Below, piece by piece: positions 22,248 to 32,360 of a stretch of 64,000 bases of DNA. This DNA is from an uncultured bacterium (lineage in GTDB: Bacteria > Omnitrophota > Omnitrophia > Omnitrophales > Aquincolibacteriaceae), in assembly GCA_964562525.1 (NCBI GenBank), contig CAZLTL010000002.1:18468-82467 (forward strand), read 5' to 3'. Position numbers and translations under genes: made by a program. The notes below the pieces were generated by a model. It did no database searches. It was not told where the DNA came from and was given only the letters and a program-made list of their open reading frames with translations. Positions within the stretch are counted from its first letter, which is position 1, and the number at the start of each line of letters is the position of its first letter.

Positions 22248-22493
22248 ATGACCGACAAGCCCGAAGAAAAAATCGAAAATGGCATTCAGCCTTTGGATGC
22301 TTTGCTAATAGCGCTTAATATCAAAAACAGCGACCTTGTCGGACAATCATCCGAGCAGCTTTCGCATAAAGTTGTTGCTAAGGCGCGCAAAGGACGCAGG
22401 CTCACCATTAATGCGAAACATAAAATTTTGAACGCGCTCAACGCTTTTCAAAAAGAGAAAACTTATAAGCTGCCCGATCTTTTCAACTATTGA
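22248..22493 (+). CDS. small hypothetical protein (81 aa), possibly DNA-binding
   Basis: Clean ORF in an otherwise non-coding spacer. Basic segment LSHKVVAKARKGRRLTINAKHKILNALN. No family recognised. Confidence 0.4.
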   Translation: MTDKPEEKIENGIQPLDALLIALNIKNSDLVGQSSEQLSHKVVAKARKGRRLTINAKHKILNALNAFQKEKTYKLPDLFNY

Positions 22494-22500
22494 GGGATAT

Positions 22501-23214
22501 GTGAAAAAGCTTTTGTGTGTTTGCGCTCTATTCCTGATACCGGCTTCTGCCCATGCGCTTGATTTTTCAGCTCTGCTTAAGAAAACCGTTTCAGCGCAAC
22601 CGACAGCGGGGGATTCCAAAATCGCGAGCGGTCTGAAGGAAGCCTTGCGCGTGGGCGCCGAAAAAGCGGTGGCGTTGACCGGAAAACAAGACGGCTACTT
22701 TAAAAATGAAGCGATCAAGATTCTGCTTCCCGAAAAACTGCGCGCGATGGAAGGCGCTTTAAGAAAAGTGGGATTAGGCGGACAAATCGATCAGCTTGTT
22801 TTAAGCATGAACCGCGCTGCGGAAGCTGCCGCGCCTCAGGCAAAAAGCATTTTCATCAAAGCCATTTCTGAAATGTCGTTTGAAGACGCGCAGAAAATTT
22901 ATAAAGGCGGCGACACAGCCGCGACACAGTATTTTCAAACAAAGACCACAGCAGAATTAACGCGGCTTTTTAAACCAGCCGTCACAAAAAGCATGGCGGA
23001 CTATAACGTTTCCAAAATGTATCAAGGCGTCGCGGGTAAATATAACGCGCTTCCCGCCGCAAAACTTTTTCCCGCGCCCGAAGCCGAAGACTATGTCGTG
23101 AGACAGTCTTTAAACGGTTTATTTAAAGTCTTGGGCGATCAAGAAAAAGCAATTCGCCGGGATCCTGCCGCGCGCGTTACCCAGCTTCTCAAAGATGTTT
23201 TTTCTCAGCGGTAA
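22501..23214 (+). CDS. secreted protein, DUF4197-like
   Basis: 237 aa. Signal peptide MKKLLCVCALFLIPASAHA. LKEALRVGAEKAVALTGKQDGYFKNEAIKILLP resembles DUF4197. Family call is recall-based. Confidence 0.5.
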   Translation: MKKLLCVCALFLIPASAHALDFSALLKKTVSAQPTAGDSKIASGLKEALRVGAEKAVALTGKQDGYFKNEAIKILLPEKLRAMEGALRKVGLGGQIDQLVLSMNRAAEAAAPQAKSIFIKAISEMSFEDAQKIYKGGDTAATQYFQTKTTAELTRLFKPAVTKSMADYNVSKMYQGVAGKYNALPAAKLFPAPEAEDYVVRQSLNGLFKVLGDQEKAIRRDPAARVTQLLKDVFSQR

Positions 23215-23223
23215 TCCGGAAAA

Positions 23224-24705
23224 ATGAAGGGCAGCTTTTTTAAGTTCGCCGTTTCAGAAAAAGCGCTTTTATTTGTCTGCGGAATAATTTCCGCGGTTCT
23301 TTTCTTTGGAATTTCGCTCAAAATATTTTGGGATATTGATACCGCTTGGGACTCCTGGTATTACCACTTTCCTTTTGCCGCGCGCCTTTGGGGCATTGTG
23401 CCGGCCGAGCAGTATCAATGGGAGCCTTTTCTCGGGGAAGTTTATCGTGGGTTTCCTTTGTTGGGAGAATGGGCGCAAGGCTTTTTCTGGAAAATGACCG
23501 GGCAAATTCATCTTGCGGTTTTGCCAAGCTTGCTGAGCCTTCTCATTTTAATTTTATCGTTAAATAAGTTGCTTCAGGTTCCGCGCGCCATTTTGGCTGC
23601 TTCTTTTTTGTCGATACCGCTCATTCAGGCGCATGTGATTACCGCGTATGTGGATTTACCGGCGAATATTTTTGCGGCGATCGGCATGGTTTGTGTTTTT
23701 TTAGATTGGATAGAGCCGCAAAAGAACAGGCAGCGCTATTATTTTGCCTTGGCCTCTTTTGCTTTGGCGGCAAACATGAAGTATCAGGTTTTGCCTGTTA
23801 TCACAGCGGCGTGGCTGCTTCTTTTGTTGCGGCGGTTTTTTCTATCTGCGGAGCAAAGCGAGAAAACCCGGGTTGTCTTCGAAGCGATTCTTTCCGCGGG
23901 GATTATTTTTTTTGTTCCAATTAAAAATTACTTTTTATTCGGCCATCCTTTTTATCCTGTCAATTTGCAGGCGCTTGCTCCACCAACGGGAACATTTTGG
24001 GATCTTGATCCTGCATTACCTTTGTGGAAACGCGCTCTCAATGGCGCCGGAATTTGGTTTTTATCCGTTACAGATGCCACGCGCTATCCCTATGAAAGAT
24101 TTATTACGCACGGGTATGATGTTCCTTGGGAAGTCGCCATGGGGTCTTTGTTTCCGCTTGCGCACCGTATGGGTGGATATGGCGGGCCGTATGTTGTTTT
24201 TCTTGTTTTAAACCTGGTGCTTGTTGGACAGTCTTCCGACAGAAAAAAATTCCGCGCTGTTTTTTATTCTTTTCTTGTTTTAACCTTGATCACAGCGGTT
24301 GCTCCCGTATCCTTCGAGTTGCGGTATTACTTTTACTGGATTTTGTTGCTGATCGCTGCCAATCTTTATTTGCTTTATCGCGGCGTTCCGGAGACACATC
24401 CTTTTTCAAGCGGTCTGAAAAAGTTATTTTTTTTGGCAACGATTTTGATGCTTCTGTTCGTTTTAGCCATGTCGCGCGGCATGCATGTTCAGCCGCTTGG
24501 CATTTCAACACAAAAGGCATTGCAGTATTTTCGCCTGAACAAGGCGTGGCTGGATGATATGGAAAGCAAAGGCGGGGGTTGTGTTTTGCAGCGTGAGCCT
24601 GCCAATTTTATGTATGCGCATTATTTTCATCCTCAGCGCAAACCCTATGTCGTTATTTCAGCCACAAAACCGGATGAGTGCGCTATTCGGTCAGGCGGGA
24701 TTTAA
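23224..24705 (+). CDS. polytopic integral membrane protein, GT-C-like (ArnT/PMT-type glycosyltransferase-like)
   Basis: 493 aa with about 11 hydrophobic helices, loops between them and a C-terminal soluble part. Family guess only. Confidence 0.4.
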   Translation: MKGSFFKFAVSEKALLFVCGIISAVLFFGISLKIFWDIDTAWDSWYYHFPFAARLWGIVPAEQYQWEPFLGEVYRGFPLLGEWAQGFFWKMTGQIHLAVLPSLLSLLILILSLNKLLQVPRAILAASFLSIPLIQAHVITAYVDLPANIFAAIGMVCVFLDWIEPQKNRQRYYFALASFALAANMKYQVLPVITAAWLLLLLRRFFLSAEQSEKTRVVFEAILSAGIIFFVPIKNYFLFGHPFYPVNLQALAPPTGTFWDLDPALPLWKRALNGAGIWFLSVTDATRYPYERFITHGYDVPWEVAMGSLFPLAHRMGGYGGPYVVFLVLNLVLVGQSSDRKKFRAVFYSFLVLTLITAVAPVSFELRYYFYWILLLIAANLYLLYRGVPETHPFSSGLKKLFFLATILMLLFVLAMSRGMHVQPLGISTQKALQYFRLNKAWLDDMESKGGGCVLQREPANFMYAHYFHPQRKPYVVISATKPDECAIRSGGI

Positions 24706-24850
24706 AGGGCAAAAAGCCCTTTTGTCGCTTCTCGCAGAAGAATCTCATTTGCTTTACAAATGGCGCGCTTTTACCTATACTTTCGGCTCCTCACGCACCC
24801 GTCCTTCGGCTTACGCTCAGGACCAGGGCAGTAGTAATAGATTTTATCGT

Positions 24851-24924
24851 GCGCCCGTAGCTCAATTGGATAGAGCATCTGACTACGGATCAGAAGGTTT
24901 ATGGTTCAACTCCATACGGGCGCA
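24851..24924 (+). tRNA. tRNA-Arg(ACG)
   Basis: GCGCCCGTAGCTCAATTGGATAGAGCATCTGACTACGGATCAGAAGGTTATGGTTCAACTCCATACGGGCGCA. Anticodon stem TCTGA/TCAGA, loop CTACGGA, anticodon ACG. It lies inside the spurious ORF 24554..25276. Confidence 0.85.
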
Positions 24925-25272
24925 TTTTACTCCGCTTAGTCAAAAACACCCCTTACAAAAATTCAAACAGCCGAAACTGCGTTCGGAACTCATTTTTGAA
25001 AAGGGCTTTTTTAACAACGCTCCGCCGGAAGCTTCGCTCTGCGCCTTTGGCGCATCGCATGTCGGAATTTTGCTAGCCGCAAAATATCATTTTTGTACAA
25101 TTTCGCCCCTCCCCGCGCCGCGCAATCTTTTTTGCCCTGAGAGGAGCTCAGCCAAAAACGCATATTTCCCTTTTTATATTCTCTCGGACGAATATAATTC
25201 TCTCGTGGCACCTTATCACTTAAATTATTTTTGCTTCACTTTGTCGGGCAACGCGCCAGGCGCTTTGTTTTT

Positions 25273-28200
25273 ATGACGGAATCAAAAAAACGTTCCGAGC
25301 CGCCGCTTCCCTCAATACCTCAAACCAGCTTTCAAGGCCTCAAAGAAGATATGCGCCGCCTGCTTTTTCAGCAGCAGGAGGAGGCAGAGGCTGAAAAAAG
25401 AAAAAGCGCGGAATTGCTGGAAATATCGAAAAACCTTCAAGGGCTTCTAACGGAAGCCGCCTCTGCCCTGGAAGACGAAAAGGCCCGGTTGGCAGAGCTT
25501 CAGAAACAGCATCTTTTAACCGAGCAAAGCCTCAAAGAATTGCGCGAAGCTCATACTCGCCAAACGCAAGACGCAGCCGAAAGAATAGCCACCCTTCAGA
25601 GCAAGCTCGAAATCCTCGAAGCTTTTAAAGCAAAAAATGAAAAAGAAATAACCGAAAAAACAGAAGCCCTTTCTGCGCTTGAAAAAATCAAGAATGAGCG
25701 CGAAGCCGCTATTGAAGCGCAGGCGGCCGAGATAAACCGGCTTCAGAGTGATGTAAAAGGGCGCGATGAAAAAATAGAAGAGAATCAAGCGAAGGCACAA
25801 GCGCAGCAAAAAGAAATGGAAGAGGTTTTGGCGCGCGAGAAAGCCAGGCTTTTGGATCTTGAAAAAGAATATGCGGCAATACTGATTCAATTGGAAGAAT
25901 CAAAAGAGACGCGCAGTCGCGAAATTCAAGCCGCGGAAGCAAGAATTATCGGTTATGAAAAAGCTCAGGCTCAGCTTGAAGGCGAAAATGCCAAGTTGAG
26001 AAAAGAAACAGAAAAGCAATATCAGGATCTTTATGAAAAGACGGAGAGCGTCAAGGGTCTGGAAAAAACTATTCAGGAACTTGAGGTGTCGCGTGATGCG
26101 CAAGCCGCTGAAATAGGACGGCTTGAAAAACAAAAAATAGCCGATGAAGAGGCTCTTTTAGCAAAAAGCCAGTCCATTGCCCGCCTTGATGAGGTCGTTG
26201 CCCGTGCGGAAAATCAAATTAAAGAATTAGAGAGCGCAAAAGGAAAGCAAGCGCAAGAGCTGCAAGAGAGCCGATCTGAAACTGAGAAATTGTGCGCATT
26301 AAAGGAAGAGCGCGAACAAGAGCTTGAGTTTAAAAGAGTCGAATTAGCCGATTTAGAGAAGCTGCACCAGGAGCGCGAAGCGACGCTTGAAGTTAAAAAT
26401 CGCGAGCTTGATAACCTCAGCCAAAGCCTAAAAGAAAAAAATGAAGAGCTTGAGATTTTACGAAAACAAACCGAAGCGAAACAGGCCGAGCTGCAAGATG
26501 AGCTGAACCGTGGACGGAAGAAGCTCGAGGAAGTCAGCCAAGAGCATGCGGCAGCGGTATTAAGTCTGGAAGAATTGCGTGAAAAAACCGCCCGCGAAAT
26601 AAAAGCCGCCGATGCCCAGCGGGAAAGCTATGAAAAGACACAAGCCCAGCTTGAAGAAGACAATGCCAGACTCAAGCATGAAACTGAAAAACAATTTCAG
26701 GAAATTTACGATCAGAACGCGAAAGCCGCCCGCCTTGAATCAGAATTGTTCAAGCTTCGGAATGACTGCGAATCTCAAATCAGCCAAATTCAAAAACTGG
26801 AATCAGAAAAAACAGAAACCGAAACTTCTTTAAAGCAAAAGCAAGAAGCTTTTTTGGCGCTTCAAAAAGACCAGGAGCAAGCGGAACAGAAAATTCAAGA
26901 GCTTGAATTGGGCATAGCGCAGCAAAACGAAACATTGTCGAAGCGCGCTTCAGAAATTGAGAAGCTGGAGAGTGTTCGCAAGAAGCAGGATGTAGATCTT
27001 GAGCTGAAGAGCCTTGAGATTGAAGAGCTTGAGAAGGCTCGAATTGAGCGTGACGCAGTCATTGCCGCCAAGAGTGAAGAGCTTCAAGGTTTAACACAGA
27101 AGCTGAACGACCTGAATCAAGAGTTAGAAAGAACCCGGACAGAAGCTCAAGTTAAACGCGAAGATTTAGAGGAAGCGCTTGAGCGTGAAAAAACCAAGCT
27201 TGAAAACCTCGAAAAAGAATACGCCTCAACATCGATTAACCTGGAAGAGTTAAAAGAAACCCGCGCCAGAGAAATTCAGGCTACCGAAGCGAAGATCGCG
27301 GGCTATGAAAAGGTGCAGGCGCAGCTTGAGGACGAGAATGCGAAGCTCAAGAATGAAACCGAGAAGCAGTTCCAAGAGATTTACGACTTAAGCGAGAAGA
27401 GCACCGCACAAAGTAAAGAGATTGAGCACCTTGAGGCAATCCGGGCAGAGAAAGAAGCAGCGTTGGTTCGTGGTAAAGAAGCTTTTGAAACTCTGCAGAA
27501 CCAATTTGATCAAACACGAAACAACTTAGAAGCCTCCCTCGAAAGCGAAAAGAGCAAGCTCAAAGCGCTGGAAGAGAATCATGCGGAGCTCGAGCTGCAG
27601 CATGAAGAGTTAAATGAAAAAAGCCGCAACCAAATCAGCGGCTTAGAAGCGAAATTAAATCAGTTACAGAGCAAGCATGAGAGCTTGGGTGAAGAGCACA
27701 CCGAATTAAAAGCCCGAACAGAAAAAGAGATCGAGTCTTTAGAGACACAGCTGACTGGTTTAAGGAATGAAAAAGATGAGCTTGAGTTTAAGCATGAAGA
27801 GCTAAAAGAGGCGCATGCCAAAGCCGTATCGACAGCCGAGACGAAGATCGCGGAATATGAAGTCCTCAAGGCAAGCCTTGAGGCCGAACTCAAAGAAGAA
27901 AGAGCTAAGCTTGAAGCATTGAACCTCGAGCACGCGAATACGGTTGTGAGTCTGGAAGAATTGCGAGAGCAAAGCGCAAGAGAAGCGAAGGCGGCCGAAG
28001 CTAAGATCACAGGGTATGAGAAGGTGCAGGCGCAGCTTGAGGACGAGAATGCGAAGCTCAAGAATGAAACCGAGAAGCAGTTCCAAGAGATTTATGATTT
28101 AAGTGAGAAGAGCGCACAGCAGACAAAAGACATAGAGCGACTTGAAGCCATACGCGCAGAGAAAGAAGCGGAGTTGGTTCGCGGGAAAGAAGCCTTTGAT

Positions 28201-31200
28201 GATTTGCAGAGCGAATACAAACAAGCTCGCGCTAATTTAGAAGCCGCTGTTGAAAGCGAAAAGAGCAAGCTCAAGGCGTTGGAAGATAACCATGTCGAGC
28301 TTGAACTGAAGCATGAAGAGCTGACTGAGAAGACATCTCGTGAAATATCGGGACTTGAGGATGCGTTAAGTCAGTTACGCGCAGAGCATGGCAATCTCGG
28401 GGAAGAGCACACCGAATTAAAAGCCCGAACGGAAAAAGAGATCGAGTCTTTAGAGACACAGCTCAGTGGTTTAAGGAACGAAAAGGATGAGCTTGAGTTT
28501 AAGCATGAAGAGTTGAAAGAGACACATTCAAAAGCAGTTGTTGCGGCAGAGAGCAAGATTTCGGAATATGAATCCCTCAAAGCAAGGCTTGAAGCAGAGC
28601 TACAAGAAGAGCGGGGTAAGCTCGAGGCACTTAATCTCGAGCATGCGAATACGGTAGTAAGTCTTGAGGAGCTACGAGAGCAAAGCGCAAGAGAAGCGAA
28701 GGCATCAGAAGCGAAGATCACAGGATATGAGAAGGTGCAAGCGCAGCTTGAGGACGAGAACGCCAAGCTCAAGAATGAAACCGAGAAGCAGTTCCAAGAG
28801 ATTTATGATTTAAGCGAGAAGGCGACGCAACAGAATCAAGCGATAGAAAAGCTCGAAGCTGAGCGGGCTGCAAAAGCACAAGAGATTGCTCGGCTGGAAG
28901 AAGAAAAAGAAGAGCGCATTGTTTTAATTCAGGCGAAGACAGCGGAAATTGACCGATTAGCCAGCGAATTTAAAGCACAAAGTCTTGAGTTTGAAAAGCA
29001 CCAAAATGAGGCGCGGATTAAGCAACAAAAGTTAGAAGGCGCGCTCGAAAGCGAAAAGACCAAGCTTAAGGAATTGGAAGAGAAGCATGCTGAGCTTGAG
29101 CTAAAACATGAAGAGTTAAATGAAAAAACCTGCGCTCAAATTACCGGATTAGAAAAAGAATTAGAACGGCTGCGCGCAGATTATGCAAAGCTCGGGAACG
29201 AGAAAACGGAATTAAAAGCCCGAGCGGAAAAAGAGATCGAGTCTTTAGAGACACAGCTGACTGGTTTAAGGAATGAAAAGGATGAGCTTGAATTTAAGCA
29301 TGAAGAGCTGAAAGAGGCGCATAGCAAGGCGGTTTCTGCGGCAGAGACAAAGATTGCACAGTATGAAACGCTGAAAGCGAATCTGGAACAAGCCCTCAAA
29401 GATGAGCAATTGCAGACAGCACAACTTAAAGAGAGCTGCACAAATCTTGATCGTGAGCTGACGTTGAAAGTCCTTGCGCTGGAGCAGCTACAGATAGAAA
29501 GCCAAAACCAAGCTCAGCAAATGACTGTTCTCAATTCAAACCTTGAGAATTTAACCGCGGCCCGTGAAGCCTTGATCGCAGAGCTTGAAGCGCAAAAAAA
29601 TATTTCCGGCGACCTTCAAGTGCGCGCAAAAAAAAGCCAAGAAGAGTTTGCACGCGAACGAAATGAAACCGCTCAGGAAAAAAAGAGGCTTGAAGCGGCT
29701 TTGGCCGAAGAGCATGTCAAGCTTGAGCACGAGAAAAAAGAATTTTTAAACGCACAAAAAATCTGGGCTGATTTTAAAGCACAGACAGTAAAAAAAGCCG
29801 AAGAGACCCAAAAGCAAATTGAGGGGTTAGCTCATCAAAAGCAATCTCTCGAGACCCATTTGGCCAGCCTTAAGCTTGAGCACGACAAGCAAAGCCAAAT
29901 TTTTGCAAAGGAAAAAGAAGCCCATTTCGCCCTTAAGGCCGAGCTTGAAGCGAAGGCCAAAGAAATAAACGGACTCGAACGACTTATTTCCGAAAGCGCG
30001 GAGCAAATCCAACTAAAAAATGCGGAGAATCAGGCTCTTTCGTTGAAGCTGATTCAGCTGAACGACGAAAAAGAACTGTTGGTGGAACGCGCCGAAGAAG
30101 ATCAGAAAAAAATTCAGGAAATCATTAAAAATCTGGAATCAGGACGCGGCGAAAATCTCAGAAAAATTCAGGAGCAGGATGAGGCTATAAAAAATCTTAT
30201 GGCGAGTCAGGCTAAGCTCCAGGAACAAACCGCTGAAAAAGAAAAAACAATAAAAGCTTTATTAACCGCGAAAAATGAATCCGAAGAGCAGATTCAAACC
30301 CTGTCTCAGCAGCTCCACGCCGCGGAAGCAAGCCGGCGAACTCAAGAAAATGATTTGCGGGTGCGCAATGAGAAGCTGAGTCAGATGGAAGTGAGCGCGC
30401 AAGATTTTCAGAAGCAAATTGCAAAGCAATCAGAAAGTTTAGCCGCTCTTGAAAAAACAAGGCTATCACTTGAGTCTCAAATCCGCGAATTGGAATCGGT
30501 TAAAGCGCAGCAAGCGAAAGAGCTCAGCATAAGAAAAGCAGAAGCGGCTCAGACTCAGGCTGCGCATGAAGAAGCTTTTCGTCTTAAAAGGGAAGAGCTA
30601 GCTCAATTGATTAAAGATCGCGACGCAGCGAAAGCCGTGATGACGGCAAAACAAGCCGAGATGGAAGCTTTGATCATAAATCAAAAAGAAAGCTTGGCCG
30701 CCCAACAGAAAGAAATTCAAGCGACGCAGGCCGCCATGAGCATGCTCAAATCGCAAATTACGGACTTAAACCAAAGCGTTGAAAGCAAGAATCAAAAAAT
30801 TATCAGCCTGGAAAAAGAGTACACCGAGCAAAGAGATGCTCTGCATACTCAGACCGCTCAAAACGAGAAGCTTTCCCGAGAACTTCAACAACTCAGGGTT
30901 GAAAAAGAAAAAATAAGCGCAGCGGCGAGAGACAAACAATCCGAAGCAGAGCAAAGAATTAAAGATATTCAAAATTTTCTGTATGGACAGCTTGATGAAA
31001 AGAAAAATGAAATCAAAGCTTTGGCAACCGAGCGCAAAGAAATTCAATCTCAAAATAGTCAGCTGCAAGAGCGCGTTGCTAAGCTGAGCACGGCGCTGGA
31101 AAGCGCGGAAACGCAGGCGAAGCAAACGGAAGAGGCACTACGAAAGCAAATTGATGAAATCAACGGCCTGCTGAATCGTCAAAAAGAAGAGCTCGAGGTT

Positions 31201-31818
31201 AAGTCTGAAGAGCTTCGCATTAGCGATGAGGCCGCTAAAGAAGAGAGACACAAGCAAACGGACTTAATCGAAGAACACAAAAAACTGGAACAGATTTTAA
31301 GAGATAAATATGCCGCGCTTGAAGCCGTAAAAAACACGATGTTTGTAGGCTTAAAAGAAGAACGTGAAAAGCTCGACGAGGCCAAAGCGGCTGTCGCCAA
31401 TTTAGAAAATAAGCTGCATGAAGCGCATGATGAGGCGCAGCGCTGGAAAAGAGAAGCGGCGGATTTAAAAAAACAAACTCAAGAGCTTGAATCGTTGCGC
31501 GAGAAAAATGTTCGGGCTTTGAATGCGGACGGAGAAGATTGGAAGCGCAAAGTTCAGGATTTTATGCGAGAAAGAAAAGAGCTGACGCAAGCCCTGGACA
31601 CCGAACGTGCGCGGGTAAAAAAACTCGAAGAAGAAATGCTCAAGCTTCAGCGCTCAGGGACAGAAAGCCGTCCCAAAGCGGTTTTCCAAGATACGAAACC
31701 CGTGCAAAATGATTCCGCGAAGAGGCCGTTAAATGCGGATAAGGTTAGCGGTCTTGAGCTGATCCTTGCCTTGGAAGATCAAAAGAACCTGCCCAAAAAG
31801 CCCGAGCAGGGCAAATAA
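25273..31818 (+). CDS. giant coiled-coil protein (2181 aa from the ATG at 25273) with ~237-aa tandem repeats; SMC/filament-like, function unknown
   Basis: Almost entirely heptad-rich E/K/A/L/Q sequence. No signal peptide or TM. Three near-identical 711-bp tandem units at 27286..29418 plus older diverged copies upstream. The antisense ORFs in the track (27660..28061, 28371..28772, 29181..29441) are repeat artefacts. Confidence 0.85.
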   Translation: MTESKKRSEPPLPSIPQTSFQGLKEDMRRLLFQQQEEAEAEKRKSAELLEISKNLQGLLTEAASALEDEKARLAELQKQHLLTEQSLKELREAHTRQTQDAAERIATLQSKLEILEAFKAKNEKEITEKTEALSALEKIKNEREAAIEAQAAEINRLQSDVKGRDEKIEENQAKAQAQQKEMEEVLAREKARLLDLEKEYAAILIQLEESKETRSREIQAAEARIIGYEKAQAQLEGENAKLRKETEKQYQDLYEKTESVKGLEKTIQELEVSRDAQAAEIGRLEKQKIADEEALLAKSQSIARLDEVVARAENQIKELESAKGKQAQELQESRSETEKLCALKEEREQELEFKRVELADLEKLHQEREATLEVKNRELDNLSQSLKEKNEELEILRKQTEAKQAELQDELNRGRKKLEEVSQEHAAAVLSLEELREKTAREIKAADAQRESYEKTQAQLEEDNARLKHETEKQFQEIYDQNAKAARLESELFKLRNDCESQISQIQKLESEKTETETSLKQKQEAFLALQKDQEQAEQKIQELELGIAQQNETLSKRASEIEKLESVRKKQDVDLELKSLEIEELEKARIERDAVIAAKSEELQGLTQKLNDLNQELERTRTEAQVKREDLEEALEREKTKLENLEKEYASTSINLEELKETRAREIQATEAKIAGYEKVQAQLEDENAKLKNETEKQFQEIYDLSEKSTAQSKEIEHLEAIRAEKEAALVRGKEAFETLQNQFDQTRNNLEASLESEKSKLKALEENHAELELQHEELNEKSRNQISGLEAKLNQLQSKHESLGEEHTELKARTEKEIESLETQLTGLRNEKDELEFKHEELKEAHAKAVSTAETKIAEYEVLKASLEAELKEERAKLEALNLEHANTVVSLEELREQSAREAKAAEAKITGYEKVQAQLEDENAKLKNETEKQFQEIYDLSEKSAQQTKDIERLEAIRAEKEAELVRGKEAFDDLQSEYKQARANLEAAVESEKSKLKALEDNHVELELKHEELTEKTSREISGLEDALSQLRAEHGNLGEEHTELKARTEKEIESLETQLSGLRNEKDELEFKHEELKETHSKAVVAAESKISEYESLKARLEAELQEERGKLEALNLEHANTVVSLEELREQSAREAKASEAKITGYEKVQAQLEDENAKLKNETEKQFQEIYDLSEKATQQNQAIEKLEAERAAKAQEIARLEEEKEERIVLIQAKTAEIDRLASEFKAQSLEFEKHQNEARIKQQKLEGALESEKTKLKELEEKHAELELKHEELNEKTCAQITGLEKELERLRADYAKLGNEKTELKARAEKEIESLETQLTGLRNEKDELEFKHEELKEAHSKAVSAAETKIAQYETLKANLEQALKDEQLQTAQLKESCTNLDRELTLKVLALEQLQIESQNQAQQMTVLNSNLENLTAAREALIAELEAQKNISGDLQVRAKKSQEEFARERNETAQEKKRLEAALAEEHVKLEHEKKEFLNAQKIWADFKAQTVKKAEETQKQIEGLAHQKQSLETHLASLKLEHDKQSQIFAKEKEAHFALKAELEAKAKEINGLERLISESAEQIQLKNAENQALSLKLIQLNDEKELLVERAEEDQKKIQEIIKNLESGRGENLRKIQEQDEAIKNLMASQAKLQEQTAEKEKTIKALLTAKNESEEQIQTLSQQLHAAEASRRTQENDLRVRNEKLSQMEVSAQDFQKQIAKQSESLAALEKTRLSLESQIRELESVKAQQAKELSIRKAEAAQTQAAHEEAFRLKREELAQLIKDRDAAKAVMTAKQAEMEALIINQKESLAAQQKEIQATQAAMSMLKSQITDLNQSVESKNQKIISLEKEYTEQRDALHTQTAQNEKLSRELQQLRVEKEKISAAARDKQSEAEQRIKDIQNFLYGQLDEKKNEIKALATERKEIQSQNSQLQERVAKLSTALESAETQAKQTEEALRKQIDEINGLLNRQKEELEVKSEELRISDEAAKEERHKQTDLIEEHKKLEQILRDKYAALEAVKNTMFVGLKEEREKLDEAKAAVANLENKLHEAHDEAQRWKREAADLKKQTQELESLREKNVRALNADGEDWKRKVQDFMRERKELTQALDTERARVKKLEEEMLKLQRSGTESRPKAVFQDTKPVQNDSAKRPLNADKVSGLELILALEDQKNLPKKPEQGK
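27286..29418 (+). repeat. 3 x 711-bp in-frame tandem repeat inside the coiled-coil gene
   Basis: Unit starts at 27286, 27997 and 28708 (period exactly 711 bp = 237 codons). The first ~110 nt of each unit are near-identical (EAKI[AT]GYEKVQAQLEDENAKLKNETEKQFQEIYDLSEK). Confidence 0.85.
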
Positions 31819-31831
31819 GGAAAGACACGTC

Positions 31832-32314
31832 TTGGAAAATATTCACGAACACTTCATGAAGGAAGCCATTAAGCAGGCCGTGATTGCTTTTGAGCGCGGG
31901 GAAGTTCCTGTTGGCGCGGTTGTGGTTTATAAAAATAAAATTATTGCGCGCGGGCACAATCAAATGGAAACCTTGCATGACCCGACGGCACATGCGGAAA
32001 TGATCGCGATGACCGCAGCTTCTGAAAAATTATCCGAAGGCAATGATAAGCATCGCGGCTCGCTCGAGGGTTGTACGCTTTATGTTACGATGGAACCTTG
32101 CCCGATGTGTTCGGGAGCACTGGTCATCACGAAATGCTCGAGCGTTATTTATGGCGCGCGTGATGTCAAAGCTGGGGCCTGCGAGAGTCTTTATCGCATT
32201 CCGCAAGATGACCGCCTTAACCATCGCCTTGACGTTTTGGGCGGTGTAATGGAAGAAGATGCCAAGACCCTTTTACGCGAATTTTTTAAAACTCTAAGGA
32301 AAGAGAAGCGCTAA
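31832..32314 (+). CDS. tadA: tRNA-specific adenosine-34 deaminase TadA
   Basis: CDA fold motifs HAEMIA and TMEPCPMCSGAL. N-terminus like E. coli TadA. Start ambiguous (ATG 31766 overlapping the upstream gene, TTG 31832, ATG 31856). Its substrate tRNA-Arg(ACG) is 7 kb upstream. Confidence 0.85.
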   Translation: MENIHEHFMKEAIKQAVIAFERGEVPVGAVVVYKNKIIARGHNQMETLHDPTAHAEMIAMTAASEKLSEGNDKHRGSLEGCTLYVTMEPCPMCSGALVITKCSSVIYGARDVKAGACESLYRIPQDDRLNHRLDVLGGVMEEDAKTLLREFFKTLRKEKR

Positions 32315-32330
32315 GGTAAAGAGGTAGTGT

Positions 32331-32360
32331 TTTTCAGAAAATGGCGGAGAGGGTGGGATT
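32331..32360. repeat. 30-bp direct repeat duplicating the 3' 19 nt of tRNA-Ser(GGA) plus 11 nt of flank (second copy at 32637..32666): att-like scar
   Basis: ttttcagaaaatggcggagagggtgggatt occurs at 32331-32360 and 32637-32666; sequences diverge immediately after. Only ~276 bp lie between the copies and no integrase is present. Confidence 0.6.

Noticed and set aside
24554-25276. 240-aa + ORF
   Set aside because: It contains the tRNA-Arg(ACG) gene (24851-24924) and the conserved tRNA flank element. No coding signal.
27660-29441. Minus-strand ORFs 27660..28061, 28371..28772, 29181..29441 (and 28092..28459, 27802..28086) inside the coiled-coil gene
   Set aside because: Antisense reading frames of the GAA/GAG/AAG-rich repeats (serine/leucine-rich low-complexity products). 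Their 711-bp periodic spacing simply mirrors the sense-strand tandem repeat.
31766-31831. Long N-terminal extension of tadA overlapping the coiled-coil gene by 53 nt
   Set aside because: TadA alignment begins around ENIHEHFMKEAIK, so an internal TTG/ATG start is more plausible. Overlap kept as a possibility only.
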